Assembly: GCA_964035545.1 (NCBI GenBank)
Contig: OZ037767.1
Span: forward strand, 755,680 to 819,679
Source: Bugula neritina
Taxonomy: Eukaryota > Animalia > Bryozoa
Reading direction: 5' to 3'
DNA: 64,000 nt
Made by a program: the position numbers and the translations under genes. Below are positions 12,901 through 26,395 of this stretch, one piece after another. Numbering within the stretch: the stretch's first letter is position 1; the number at the start of each line of letters is the position of its first letter. The notes beneath the pieces were generated by a model that was given only the letters and a program-made list of their open reading frames with translations, had not been told where the DNA came from and did no database searches.

Positions 12901-15900
12901 GGGAGGGGTGAAGGGGGAGGGGTGGGTGAAGGGGGAGGGGGAGGTGTGTTTTAGAGATTTTGGTGAAGGGGGAGAGGTGAAGGGGGGGGGGTGAAGGGGG
13001 TGAAGGGGGAGGGGTGAAGGGGGAGGGGTGAAGGGGTGTGTTATAGAGAATGGTCTTACCGAGTGGGTAGACTTAAGGTTGTGAAATAATACTCCAACTC
13101 AGAAGGTTTATTTCATTTCTGAATCTCACACAACTAGAAGTGTCATCTTATTAATTTAGTCCACACTCGAAATCCCCAGTTTTTAGCTATTTTTCACAAT
13201 TTAGCTGTTAATGTATATTATGGGTTTTGTCCGAAATTAATAAAATATCAATAAATACAACTAAATAATCAGCATTATTTTTAATTTTGCTTAATCTCTT
13301 ATGTTAGCTATTTTGAATTTCTGGACCGAAAATCAAAATTAGCTAAATAATAAAAAACATGAGTAATTAAGCAAATTAAAAAGAACACCAATTATTTAGC
13401 TGTATTTATTAATTTTATTTTAGTTTAAAGCATTAGCTAGAGAATATATACATCTCTATGGGGTCATGTGCTATTTATTACACATATTTCTACGGTGAGA
13501 AGAATTTTTATAGTGTTTGTTTAATCCTTGCTAAGGATTATCATTATGACAGATTAAATGAGATTAAGACGCTAATTGTTCCAGTCACTAATAAATACCT
13601 CCAGCTGGCCAACACCAAAACAGGAACCATAGCTTGTGGTAGAAACGCATTTAATAAATACTTTATTATTTAACTTCCGACTGCATTTGAATACGGTTCG
13701 CAAGTCAACATATATTAGGTTTGTTATCACCAACTGTCTGTCTTCTAGCCAAGTATCGGGCTGGCTATGCCAAAAACCTAGTTTGAGAGGTGTAAATATA
13801 TGATAAATAACTGTTCAATGCACAATACCAGTATTTTTAATTATTCGATTCCACCACATTGGTAACATTAGCACATGTGTAATGTTTGCATGTAAAATTT
13901 TGGCTGATTAATTTGCAGAGAGGAAATGAAAGTAGACTGAGCCAGACTGCGTTATGCCAATGTTGACTTAGTAATATCTTTCCTGTTGTAAATATTTTAT
14001 AAATTATGAGTTGCTGAAAGTTCATCAAACGCTGCTAAAGCTGCTTGTTTCCTCTGCAATGATTGGCTACAGAAAGCGTACATGTTGAAAGTGTTTCCAC
14101 CAATATTCCAACTCTAGCTGTATTCATAGCTTTGCACACTACAACTTAGTCATTAGTGTTTTATTAACTCCAGTAAAATATGTTTTACTTAGCCATTATT
14201 AGAACTGCCAATAGCCTAAGGCTCTAAGCTAACACACTGAAGTGTCAACATTAGGTATCAACATACTGATGTGTCAACACTAGGTATCAACATACTGAAG
14301 TGTCAACACTAAGTATCAACATACTGATGTGTCAACACTAAGTATCAACATACTGAAGTGTCAACACTAAGTATCAACATACTGACGTGTCAACACTAAG
14401 TATCAACATACTGACGTGTCAACACACTGAGGAAAGAGCCACATGCAGCAAAGGTTCAACGAATGTGAACTCCACAAGGTCGTTTAGAGAGCAAAGAGGA
14501 ATGACCTGAGATTTGATTTATGCACAACTGTTGCCCTATTTACCTGATGGACATAGCCGTATGTATGATTGAAATAGAGTCTAACAGTTTAACTAAATTA
14601 TTTCAATCATAATTAAAAAAGTTTTAATTAGACTTAATTCCCTTAAGAAACCACTTTAAATATTTGCTAATATTATTCAAGTAGTACGCAACATTAAATT
14701 GAAATAAAATTACGTAGAAAGACAGGGTCAGTGGGGCCAGTGGTGAGGCTGGAAGCACATTTTGGAATAACAGCGAGGCTTAGACAGGTGCTGGTGGAGG
14801 CAGGTGGGGGAGCCGAGTGATTCAGTGGTGATGGAGTTGTTGAGACTTTAAGCCATGGTGTGACTGTGTTTATTAATCTCTCATAACAACTAGCTTGAGC
14901 AAGGATAAGAATAATAAAACTAAATCTAATAGTTGATAATAAATAATTATAAAACAATGTAGAGGTGACAAATGAGACTATACCGTGGTTAAGTTGGTCA
15001 GGACACCTGCACTAGACTACATTCTCAATCAGATCTAACAGGAATATACCCATGGATAAAATAAATATATTTTTGATAACATACTGAGTCACTACAAGTG
15101 TGAGAATAATATATTTAGAGTAAGTATACACAGTAAGTATAATATATTTACAGTAAGTATAATATTATATTTAGAGCAAGTATGCATAGTAAGTATAATA
15201 TATTTAGAGTAAGTATAATATATTTAGAGTAAGTATATTACTGTATATTGCTGTATATTGTAGTATGTATAGTAGCAGCAGCGCTACGTATGACAGCACG
15301 TAATACACGTTGCAACATCTATTACGAGGTATAAGTCTAGCTGTTGCATTGCATGTTTCAGAGCATTTAAAATCTAAATCTGGCTGATTTAGATTTCACC
15401 ATAACTATGTGACACATGTCGTCACGCAACTGCATGAAGTGCAACTGAATTTTTTTACCTAATCTGCTTATTTTATAAACATATAATCTGATTACTACTT
15501 AATATAACCTGCCTTGTCTATAGTGTATATAATGCTATAACCTCCCTTGCCTATAGTGTATATAATGCTATAACCTGCCTTGCCTATTGTGTATATAATG
15601 CTATAACTTCCCTTGCCTATAGTGTATATAATGCTATAACTTCCCTTGCCTATAGTGTATATAATGCTATAACTTCCCTTGTCTATAGTGTATATAATGC
15701 TATAACCTGCCTTGCCTATAGTGTATATAATGCTATAACCTGCCTTGCCTATAGTGTATATAATGCTATAACTTCCCTTGTCTATAGTGTATATAATGCT
15801 ATAACCTGCCTTGTCTATAGTGTATATAATGCTATAACCTGCCTTGTCTATAGTGTATATAATGCTATAACTTCCCTTGTCTATAGTGTATATAATGCTA

Positions 15901-18900
15901 TAACTTCCCTTGTCTCTAGTGTATATAATGCTATAACTTTACTTGTTTGTTGAAATGGTATTTGCATTTTATAAACCAGAAGAATGCCACTACATTCTAT
16001 ACATGTACACAAAACCACACTGTATTTTAGCTAGCTTGTGAAGATAAGAGTCTGGTGGAGAGAGAATAGCAGAGGTAGCAGAGGTAGCAGAGAGGAGTTA
16101 TTCCAATATTACTAAATAACACAGTTGAATAAGGCAGGTAGAAAGCATGTAGTCCATGAGCAGGTCAAAGGGGGGGGGGGATATGTATACGCTACTTGAT
16201 TGACATACAGAGAGAGAGAAGCTCAAAATAGACTGTTATTATTAGTTCTACCAGGCAGCATTACGTAACATGCAAGCAGCGCTATTCTACCACCCTGTTT
16301 ATATTACTATTACTATTTATATGTCAGATTATTATTTCATATATTATTGTTTTATTTATTGTTCTTATATTACTATATTATTCTTATATTACTATATTAT
16401 ACTTTAGGACTTTATTTTACATTATTATACATTACTTTTTCTATTTGATACTGAATTGTGTGCACGGCCATTTTCTATTATATCACTTCATATTATTTTA
16501 TTATTATACTATTTTATATTATTTATTATCATACTATATTATATTATTTATTATTATATACTACATTCATTTCCCAAGCAACTCTTTGAACCAGTGGCTA
16601 CAGTACCGATATCCTAAAGTTACTTTTTAATTAAATTTATTCATTAAGCTATAATATTGAAAAGGCTGTCTATATAATATCAGAAAATTTTTTACAGTCA
16701 CTGTTATATATTTCACCCATAAAATTGACTCGAGATTGTAATTCAGTGTTTCAACTTTTACAGCTGTTAGAAGTAGAGGACACTCTGTGATACAGCTGTT
16801 AGAAGTAGAGGACACCATGTGATACACAGGCAGCGCCGGCAGCAAGAGAAGGAATGTCATTTTTTATAAGAATGTTGAAATGGGAGAGAGAAGGTTATCC
16901 AAATAAACAGCTGGCAGCATCAGTGTGGTTGTTGGTTTCACAGCTATATTAAAACTGACTATCACTAATAATAACACACAAATATTTTTATCAATAACAT
17001 TTTCTAAGCTTTCAGTTATTATAAGTTTTACATTGTAAGGTTTTATCTTATAGCTTCTCCTTTTAAACATACTGTTTAACACACACCCCTTGTGTACCCC
17101 CCCCCAACAGCCTACCTTGATGTGCACACCCCCCCCACAGCCTACCTTGATGTGCACACCCCCCCCACAGCCTACCTTGATGTGTACACCCCCCCTCAAC
17201 AGCCTACCTTGATGTGTACACCCCCCTCAACAGCCTACCTTGATGTGTACACCCCCTTCAACAGCCTACCTTGATGTGTACACCCCCCCTCAACAGCCTA
17301 CCTTGATGTGTACACCCCCTTCAACAGCCTACCTTGATGTGTACACCCCCTCAACAGCCTACCTTGATGTGTACACCCCCTTCAACAGCCTACCTTGATG
17401 TGTACACCCCCCCTCAACAGCCTACCTTGATGTGTACACCCCCTTCAACAGCCTACCTTGATGTGTACACCCCCCTCAACAGCCTACCTTGATGTGTACA
17501 CCTCCCCCCTCAGTAGCCTACCTTGATGTGCACACCCCCTGTGTACCGCGTGTCCTCCTTGAACAGTCTGTACCAGATGACATTCTGCGTGTCCATGGAC
17601 GCTGTCAGAGGGAAGGCCACCTGAAGAGACACAAATAGTCTTTAACCAGCTATAATTCAAAGAGGGTAGGGACAGTTCTGTAAGTCTTATGTGACTAGAA
17701 TATGTGACTAGATTATGTGACTAGCTCATGTGACTAACTCGTGTGACACAACATAACATAATGATGAGAGTCATCGCCAGGTAAAATCAAAGTGACTCCA
17801 CAAAGACAAGGGAATACACTGTCATCTAACCCACATCTAACCAACGTGTCCCTTCATCTGGTTGTCTCCCACCACAGGTATGGATTGTAATATTCACCAC
17901 ACACTAAGCTATGCGGTGTTGCTATGCACCAACAAGTAAAAATGCTAATAACACAAAAAACCAGAGTATTTACTGCGATACACACCCAGCAACAACAGCA
18001 CCTTCCAAACTAATAGTTTACTCAGAGCTTGTACATACACACAGGAGTTGCCTGCTCCACAGTGTCGGTGTCACAAGAGAGCACAACTACTAAATGCAAA
18101 GCAAACGCTAGTGAGAGTCTACAGTACTGAGAACTAGTAGTACTAAAGAAAGGAGATGGTGAAATAATAGACTGGAGGTTCTGAGTTTACCAGACATGCC
18201 AGCAGACGACCCTCCAAGTTGAGGAGTGAGCAGAGACTTACATTTGCCGGCTCCATGGTGAAGATGACGATCTCGTAGCCACTCTGTGCGGCTGTCTGCA
18301 GGAAATAGTCCAGACCCGGCCGCTTCTTAAACCGCCACCCCATCTTCATCTGCAAACCACAGGATATGAGGCTATACAAGATACGAGTTGCTGTAAGAGT
18401 TTTACTTAGTAAAGTACGAAACCTACAAGTCTCCCGTATCGTGAGAGATGAAAAACTAAGGCTAAACAGAGTCGTCTGCACAATAGGACTGTAAGATCTC
18501 TTGAATTACTGGGTACTTCTGACGTCCCATAGTATACTTCAACAGTGTATGAGCCTTAGTGACTACACAGTAGCCTTAGTGACTACACAGTAGCCTTAGT
18601 GACTACACAGTAGCCCGAGTGACTACACAGTAGCCTTAGTGACTACACAGTAGCCTTAGTGACTACACAGTAGCCTTAGTGACTACACAGTAGCCTTAGT
18701 GACTACACAGTAGCCTTAGTGACTACACAGTAGCCCGAGTGACTACACAGTAGCCTGAGTGACTACACGGTAGCCTGAGTGACTACACGGTAGCCTTAGT
18801 GACTACACAGTAGTATTAATGGGTAGACCGACTTACGTCCCACTCAGGTTTAAGCAGCAGACCACTGATCTCTAGAACAAGAGTGTATGGTGGCTGAACG

Positions 18901-21556
18901 TATGGGTAAGCTAGAGGATCTGGTAAGAGCTTCTCACTGGTTGGGTCTTTCACCATCTACAGAATTCACACTGATACACTGTAGTGAGAGAGAATACTAC
19001 AGCAATGTGTATATTGTAGTGTACAGAATTCACACTGATACATTGTAGTGAGAGGGAATACTACAGCAATGTGTATATTGTAGTTTGTAAACAATCACAC
19101 AAAAATATCGTCCAAACTGAAACAAATACCTGGAAGAAATCCAGAACTGCCCTCCAGGCTCTCATACTGTATGCCACAACGGCTGGCTCTACAGAACATA
19201 AGAATATTACTATTATATTGTGCTGTATATTGCAGGTATATGATATAACTGTATATTGCAGGTATATGATATAACTATATATTGCAGGTATATGATATAA
19301 CTATATACTGCAGGTATATGATATAACTATATATTGCAGGTATATGATATAACTATATACTGCAGGTATATGATATAACTATATATTGCAGGTATATGAT
19401 ATATTATAACTATATATTGCAGGTATATGATATAACTATATATTGCAGGTATATGATATATTATAACTATATATTGCAGGTATATGATATAACTATATAT
19501 TGTAGAGTAATTAGTACAACTAGTAGACAGTGTATCATAACAATTCTGAGCATACACTAAACCAGTTATATTTAATCTCACTTTAGTCATTGTTTAGCAG
19601 AATAAAGAAACTCTAAACTAGAGTAAAGAGTTAGTAGTTAAATGCTGATGGTAGTGAAGGTAACTTGGAGTAATCTCATCATGCAACTGATTACATGGAG
19701 AGTAGATAACTTCAACATAAGTTACTAGTCAGCTTATTGACTTCAACTGGTTAAGTTTTGAGCCAATAATACTAAATTATTTACGTAGCACTGCCGGAAA
19801 TAATCAGCATTGTTCATCCAAAAGAAGGCAACTTGTGAATATTATTCCAAGTTAGTAGAAAAGAATTGGCATTATGTGTGTGTGTGTTTGTGGCGTGCGC
19901 GTGTGTGTGCGTGTATGTGTGTGTGCGTGTGTGTGCGTGTGTGTGCGAGAGTGCATGTGTGTTCCTGTAGTGTGAGAGAGAGGAACGATAAGCATGTACT
20001 CACTGCTAGAATATGCATCCTCAACCTACAATAGAAAACACAACATGCATGAGATAATAATATTACATTAAAACTACCAACACCTCATGAAACAATTGAA
20101 CATATAATAACCACCATGTTTGTATCAGCTGAATATGGAATTAGTGAATAGTAGACTGATTTTGACTACATGGTGAGTCAAATGGTGTCAACTTGTAGCA
20201 ACTCTAAAGCCACATTTAAATATTTCTTTTAATTCTAGAAATTACATGAATATGTAAAAATATTTCTATGGAATAATAACAGTAATTATTCTCACTGCAG
20301 AAGAGTAAATGACAAAATAAGTGAAAGTGATACGACAATTACGAAGTAAGTGAGTGAGTGAGTGAGTGAGTGAGTGAGTGAGTGAGTGAGTGAGTGAGTG
20401 AGTGAGTGAGTAAGTGAGTAAGTAAGTGAATAAGTAAGTAAGTAAGTAAGTAGGTAACTAGGTAAGTAATACCTAGCAAACGCTACACCTACCAAGAGTC
20501 CTTCTTCATCACGTTGTGGCTCCCCTACAAAATCATTTCAAAATGAAATATAGTCTTACATAGGTAATTGAAAACCAGAGGAAAAAATTGAATATTTTAA
20601 AGCCATCTAACTTCTAAAACATATGTAACTTTCTAAACCTAATCTCTATTCTATATAAATAAATAAATAGACTGTGAAAATTAGGTAGCTGAGTTGATTT
20701 ACATTGTTTCATTATCAGCAATTATTTAAATTTAAAAGAATTTCTGGGCCAGATAGCTGAATACTATCACAAATAAGCTCATATAACTCTGTGACAAAAG
20801 TGACTGGTTAGCCTCAGAATTATAAAACAAGAAAACTAATTGACAATGCATAAGTTTATAACACAACTTACCCCAGACGTATATCAATGAAGCCGCCATG
20901 GATCCAAAGGAGAGCGTCAAAAACAACAAGCCAGATTTCCAAGAGTTTTTTCCAGTCCAGTTTGACCATCTAGAGTTCTTAGTATTATCATTTGTATTGT
21001 CGTCGGGTTTAGCTGCGTTTGCTGTAGCCGTAGGGTCTTTGTTGGAGTCGGCATCTATATGGCTGTCAGTTTGAGTTTGTCTGGCTGTTGAGGTTGTGCT
21101 AAAAGCACTGCGCAATGTGAATGTAGTTGGGATACGTGCGAAAGCAGCACTAGTATCAGCATGGGACTGAGTAACCAATAATTTTTTGCTTAAGTTAAAG
21201 TTTAGACAACTAACTCTAAGTTGTCTGCTGGCTCCAAGCATATCTGTAAGTGTAGGAATAGGTGTAGAAGTACCAAAATATTTGCTCTCATTCTGAATAT
21301 GTCTAACCCTATGATTACGGGTTACACCAATACCAGTACTGTAATTGTTAGGCCTACTTGATCCTATACTCATATTCATATTAGACTTAGTGCCCATGCT
21401 GATGTTCATGTTGATGTTGTGAGTGTGTAACTGTAAAACAGCCCCAGACCCAAGATTGCCATTGGACTGGATTATTGGCATGTGATGAGGTTTTACAGTC
21501 AGTGGTGGAAAAGTTGCCGGGCGGCATCGTTGACAAATCTTCAATCCAAACGGCAT
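9935..21556 (-). CDS. TIMM50: Mitochondrial import inner membrane translocase subunit TIM50 (10 coding exons, ~492 aa)
   Basis: Exons 20872-21556, 20493-20524, 20004-20025, 19130-19188, 18837-18956, 18242-18349, 17522-17620, 11813-11969, 11604-11707, 9935-10027; all GT-AG and phase-consistent. Translation contains a TM helix ([21 protein letters not shown]), then [95 protein letters not shown] and [12 protein letters not shown], which are Tim50 FCP1-like domain signatures. The first ATG (21556) is assumed to be the start. Confidence 0.95.
12811..13037 (+). repeat. G-rich minisatellite (ggtgaagggggagggg)n, G-quadruplex-capable, in TIMM50 intron 7
   Basis: Many G4-G9 runs separated by short linkers; flanked by degenerate inverted repeats. 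Confidence 0.85.
14236..14425. repeat. 29-bp minisatellite x~6.5
   Basis: tactgaagtgtcaacactaagtatcaaca repeated. Confidence 0.9.
15504..15937. repeat. 33-bp minisatellite x~13
   Basis: ataacctgccttgtctatagtgtatataatgct repeated. Confidence 0.95.
17092..17540 (-). repeat. ~31-bp minisatellite (units ~30-34 bp) duplicating the TIMM50 exon 7 end and 5' splice site (13 extra copies)
   Basis: Unit on minus strand: GGGGGTGTACACATCAAG|GTAGGCTGTTGA. 14 occurrences of cctaccttga, the last being the true donor at 17520-17521. Confidence 0.95.
18553..18813. repeat. 20-bp minisatellite x~13 next to the TIMM50 exon 5 donor
   Basis: agccttagtgactacacagt repeated. Confidence 0.95.
19226..19502. repeat. 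~26-bp minisatellite x~10 near the TIMM50 exon 4 acceptor
   Basis: tatattgcaggtatatgatataacta repeated. Confidence 0.9.
20346..20468. repeat. (GTGA)n/(GTAA)n microsatellite next to the TIMM50 exon 2 donor
   Basis: Direct inspection. Confidence 0.95.
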
Positions 21557-21941
21557 TACCAACTGACTTTAAATTAATAACGAGAGAATTAATTTTAATT
21601 GTGTGTCAAGTTCAATCAATTTGATAGTTACTTTGCCGTTGCGTGCCCGACACAGTCACGCTATAGTACCGGAAACATTGTTGACCTATTTATCTTATTA
21701 TTTATCAAAACCATCTAGTAATAGTTTTAGAGTACTCCGCTACTTTATTGTATAAACGTTTGATATAAAAGTCTGAACTTTTAACGCTACTCTTAACTAG
21801 TATCTTTACAACAAACCTCCTTTATGCATTGCGGGAGTAATACGACCCCCGCAATATAACTCAGTTGAAATGTGAAATACCGCTACATAGAAAAGGACAA
21901 CTCCAACTATGAACGCCTAACAAATTATGTCGAGTATAATA

Positions 21942-24900
21942 TGTGACCAGTCGCGACAAAACCGGGGATGTGGCGGCGTTTATAAAGTGTAGTGAATGAA
22001 GGTTTAATTTGGAAATACTTAAATTTGAAATTAATTTCCAATTTTTAGATTTTGAACTTTTCTAATACAAAAAAATCCAAGGATTTCAAAAATTATACTT
22101 TCGTAGGCATTTGATGACTCCTTCAGCTCTAAAATTGCACTTAAAGTTGGTAACTAAGGCTTTCAATTTTTTAAATGATGAAAAAATTGCGAAGTTATCA
22201 ATTAAAGAAAGAAGACAATTTTAGTCATTTTCATAGCGTGAGATCTTGCAAATTTTCTTTTTATCAAATAAATTTAGCTTACACCTCTTTCTTCGTATTG
22301 TCAGAAGCATCGTATTTAAGATCGAAGGCTAGTTTTAGTTTTTCATCGTGTTCCATCCAAAGTTAGCTTTTAAGTTACTGAGCTGTTTTGCCCTTTTGGT
22401 GATAAATGCTGAACTTAATCTTTATCTTTAGCGTTCAAGCTTGAAAATCACAACAATACAGGTAATTATACTCAAAACAATCATTTACGCTACTAACTTA
22501 GAATTGTTGCCAAGATTATTTGTAGTTATCAATTTATTAATATTTATACCATCACTAGGAGTAGGAGTATGTCTTAGAGTTAGTCTATTCTATTCTATTT
22601 CTATACTAGTAACTATTTAAATGACTCTCACTATGACTCACAGTTTGAGGTACGGTTACTCATAATGGTAATCATAATGAATATCATTCATGATTTACTG
22701 ATACTGGTATTTGGTAGTAAAACCAAATGTAGCTCATTAATATTGATAGTATAAGTAATTAATAATTATAAATTCACTATTTGAGTCTGACTCTGAGTTT
22801 CGCCTTTGCTCCTAAAACTTGATACTCATACTGATAGTGATAGTATTATATTTATTGATTTATTCTATAGTTGATTTTTCAATTTACATCGGACTTGCTC
22901 TTAGTAACTTTTAGCCTTCGTCTTAGATTTTGTCAATACGGCTACTGATTACTATTACTATTAACATTAGGCATACTAGTCAAACTACCGGTTTCTTTTG
23001 TGATTTTTAAATTAGCTCAAAGTTTGATTTAAAATATAATGATAAAATCTTTATCACATTATGCAGGCTTACAGTTACTGTCAAAACTCAATTGATAATT
23101 ATATTTATATTGATAAAAGCATCACCTATAACCAAATTGAAATGATAAACGTGACTAAATGTAAATGAGTATAATGATGGAATATTAATGCGAGTTCATG
23201 ATGATTCTATAGTTGACTGACTTAGTTTTTCAGTAAGTTACTTTTAGTATTATTTAGTGAGTAGTAACACTAACTGAATGCATAAATAGTCTAAACTTTT
23301 TAATTTTATTATAAGATGAGCAAAAATTTATTCATAATTTAAAGTAATTTATTGAATTCAAATTGATTTTATAGTAAATGTCTTTAATAGATTCAGTTGC
23401 ACTTAGCTAGCTTTTTTACTCAATTAAATGCCTGAGTGGTTAATAGTTATCTAAAGACATTGCTTCAAAATTGCCAATTGCAGATATGCTAGATATTCAA
23501 GTGTATAATGTGTAATTTTACTGATAATACTATGTTAATATAGAATCATCCGATATTCTGTACATTTTAGAAAGTGGACTTGCGAGGGCATTAGAGTGAA
23601 GACTTATACCTACACAACTCTACTACCTATCAATCTAATACTTCTAATGTAGACACACTGAATTTTGGCTTGCAAGGTTATGGCTTCTGCTTATTTCATT
23701 CATAAAAAGGTTTGCAGTCTTTTAATGATGTGCTTGAAAATTATCAAGAATTTTTTTTATTTAAATTGTTCGGTTTAATTCAATAAATTTAAACGTTGAT
23801 AAAATGCAGGATCACAATTAACTGCTGCCATAATAGTACCACAAGAGTGTTTAGCCAACTAAATTTTTATAATATAACTGGGTATCATTTCTAATCAAGC
23901 TACGGTTTCCTTTTGTTATCTAAAAAAAGTCAACATTGTACTTCCAGCTCTGGAATAGACAATAAGTGGGTAGATTGGCAGGATGGATGTCAAGTAGCAG
24001 CATCTATAATTGCTAGAAAATCAGCTGATGATAGTGATGAAGCTTTTGCCACATACATGATGTTATGTGTCCATACTCCGTAAACTCATATTATGAAGAC
24101 CAAGGAAGTAGAAAGATGAAAAGTGCTTTTTTTGCAAAAACCATAGAAGCGACCTTATTTTCTTTTCTTGATAAGAGTTAATTCAAGCATAATGGTTGTA
24201 TCCAGGCTGGATTTTTTACTGCATTTAATTGATTTTTTAAAATAATGTATTTGATGTTTCAAATGTGAATATTAATGCCTAATAAAACTCAAAAGTTCTG
24301 TTAGCTGATTTTATGTTTATATTTTCAACATCTCAGCCAAATCAATTGCTAAATTTAGTTGCCGTTAGAGATTATAAAGATATTTATGAATAAATCTCGC
24401 ATGATCTCATAATAGTAAAATAATTTTCTCATAAGTGTTCTACTCATTAAGCAAAAATTATGAAACAGCACAGCTCAAGAGCTGCAGTTTGATATATTAC
24501 ACAATATATTAGAGGAAAGGGAGATATTCAATGTATAAGAGGAAGCAGCTGCCATTTTGTTTTATAAGACTTCCTGCTGACTTGGATGCCTAATTTAAAT
24601 ATCTCAACACACAAACTTGCTAAAACATTCTCTTCTTTGCTGGAATTGTTAAACCTTTCAACCATTGAACAAAGTAAAAAGCGAATTGACAAATAAATTA
24701 GACAAAAAGTTTGGCGGCCATATTTGACCTAATTTTATGTTGAGGCAGCATGAAATTTGGTTCAACAGAAAGCCCAAACTTTCACAATTATTTTGATACC
24801 AAATTTGTCACTATTCCTATTATACAAAGACCCGTTGCTAAGGCTTGTAAATTGTAAACAAACAATTCTCAACTTATTCTAGAGTTGCCAACTTTAAACG

Positions 24901-25095
24901 TGATTTTCTCGAAACAGTAAGTTAAAAATTCTAAAAACGTTAAAGTTTTTAAATGCTGATATCTCGAGTTCTATTTATGCTAGAGACTTCAAATAAAGTG
25001 CAAAATGTTCAGAAAAGTCTGCTCTATCACTTCATAATAATAACTAAGTTTTCAACATTTTATATACATCCCTTGTTTTGTGGTGCCAGGTCACA
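21942..25095. mobile_element. Degenerate non-autonomous TIR DNA transposon (~3.15 kb), superfamily unassigned
   Basis: Left end TGTGACCAGTCGCGACAAAACCGGGGATG matches the reverse complement of the right end (TGTGACCTGGCACCACAAAACAAGGGATG). Both ends are flanked by TA. No long ORF inside. Confidence 0.6.
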
Positions 25096-26270
25096 TATAA
25101 TAATGAATTATCTGAGCCAATATATCTTTCATGCAGTTACTTAAAATTCGCAGCTTTGAATAGCAACTTTGTGCTTATAGATTTTATTTACTTGCAAAAC
25201 GTGCCGGTCAGATCATATTTATACAGGTGTATGACATAAGGCAAATAAGTTATTTAATGACATTGATACAAATGTATTGAGCTGATTATTAGAACTAATA
25301 TAGTCATATGCATACCGAAAAGTTGTAGAAATAAAGAAACTCTGACAAATTCAAACCTCTACAATTTTCGATAAAACTTAAACAAAAATATTTAAAAGAA
25401 TTAAAGTATCAAAAATCAATGTTTTGTTGCATGTGATTGACATTATGCGATCTTAATCTTGGCTAAATATAAACTATAAACAATCAGTATGAAAAATATA
25501 TATAGCTCTACTTGAAAAGCAATGCTACAGAAAGATACACATAAATAGTATGTTGAAACTAGTTAACCGATAATGCTTAATTTGCATTATCTATAATTTT
25601 CCCTTCTAGTAAAATAAAAAAATTATATGCAAGTAGCAGAATTGAAAATTAAAACACATTTAATTTGAGGTATAAATAGATAATAGTATGAGACTCAGTT
25701 ACGGGGGGGGGGGGGGGGGGGGGTATTGTTACACTTCGTACTTTGCATATGTATGTGTAACTTTCAACACAACTTATAGAGAGAAGATAACTCTAGATGA
25801 CAAGTTGTTGACAGTCGCTGAATATCTAACCACATATTTTAGTGTTGAGTGAGTGAATTCATCTCGAGCAACTCAAACAGATTTGTTAGCAAATAATTTC
25901 TGTTATCAGAAAAACCTGGAGGCTGACTCATCTACTTTCAACATGTAAAATATTGCTTCTACCTAAAACTTGGAATATTTAGGGAGATGAAGCAAAATAC
26001 TACAGGTTCTAATAAAATATTCAGACGTAAAAACAAGCAAATTTAAACGAGATATTAACTCAGAGAGAGAAAACAACTCCCTGCAACAGTTTTATTTAGT
26101 GATGACGGAGCTTATAAGTAGATAGATTGAAGTCTTATTTAAACGTCGTAGGAGAATTATTGCAAGCTGCACAGAGTGCTGAACACGTTATTGCTACACT
26201 CGCAACTATCAGCAGTATGAATCCGCCAAATATGCACTAAGTTGCATATGCTCCACACTAAGAAAGTTTT

Positions 26271-26395
26271 TTCCTCGATTTTTTTTTTTTTTTTTTTTTC
26301 CTTTTCCTTCTTTTTTTTTTCGTTTTTTATTTTTTTTTTTTTTTTTTTTTTTCCTACAGCATGAGTTTCACTAGTTGATTTTGCTCACTTTGAAT
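26271..26395 (-). mobile_element. Short poly(A)-tailed retroposed insertion in the last exon of copy 1
   Basis: ~43 nt of unique sequence followed by ~75 nt of interrupted poly(A). AAAAC on both sides. Absent from copies 2-4. Confidence 0.7.

Noticed and set aside
16864-17274. ORFs with GGVHIKVGC repeats
   Set aside because: Translation of the donor-duplicating minisatellite, not a separate gene.
18867-18881. Loss of the DxDxT phosphatase motif in TIM50 (LEISG)
   Set aside because: Normal for animal Tim50 proteins.
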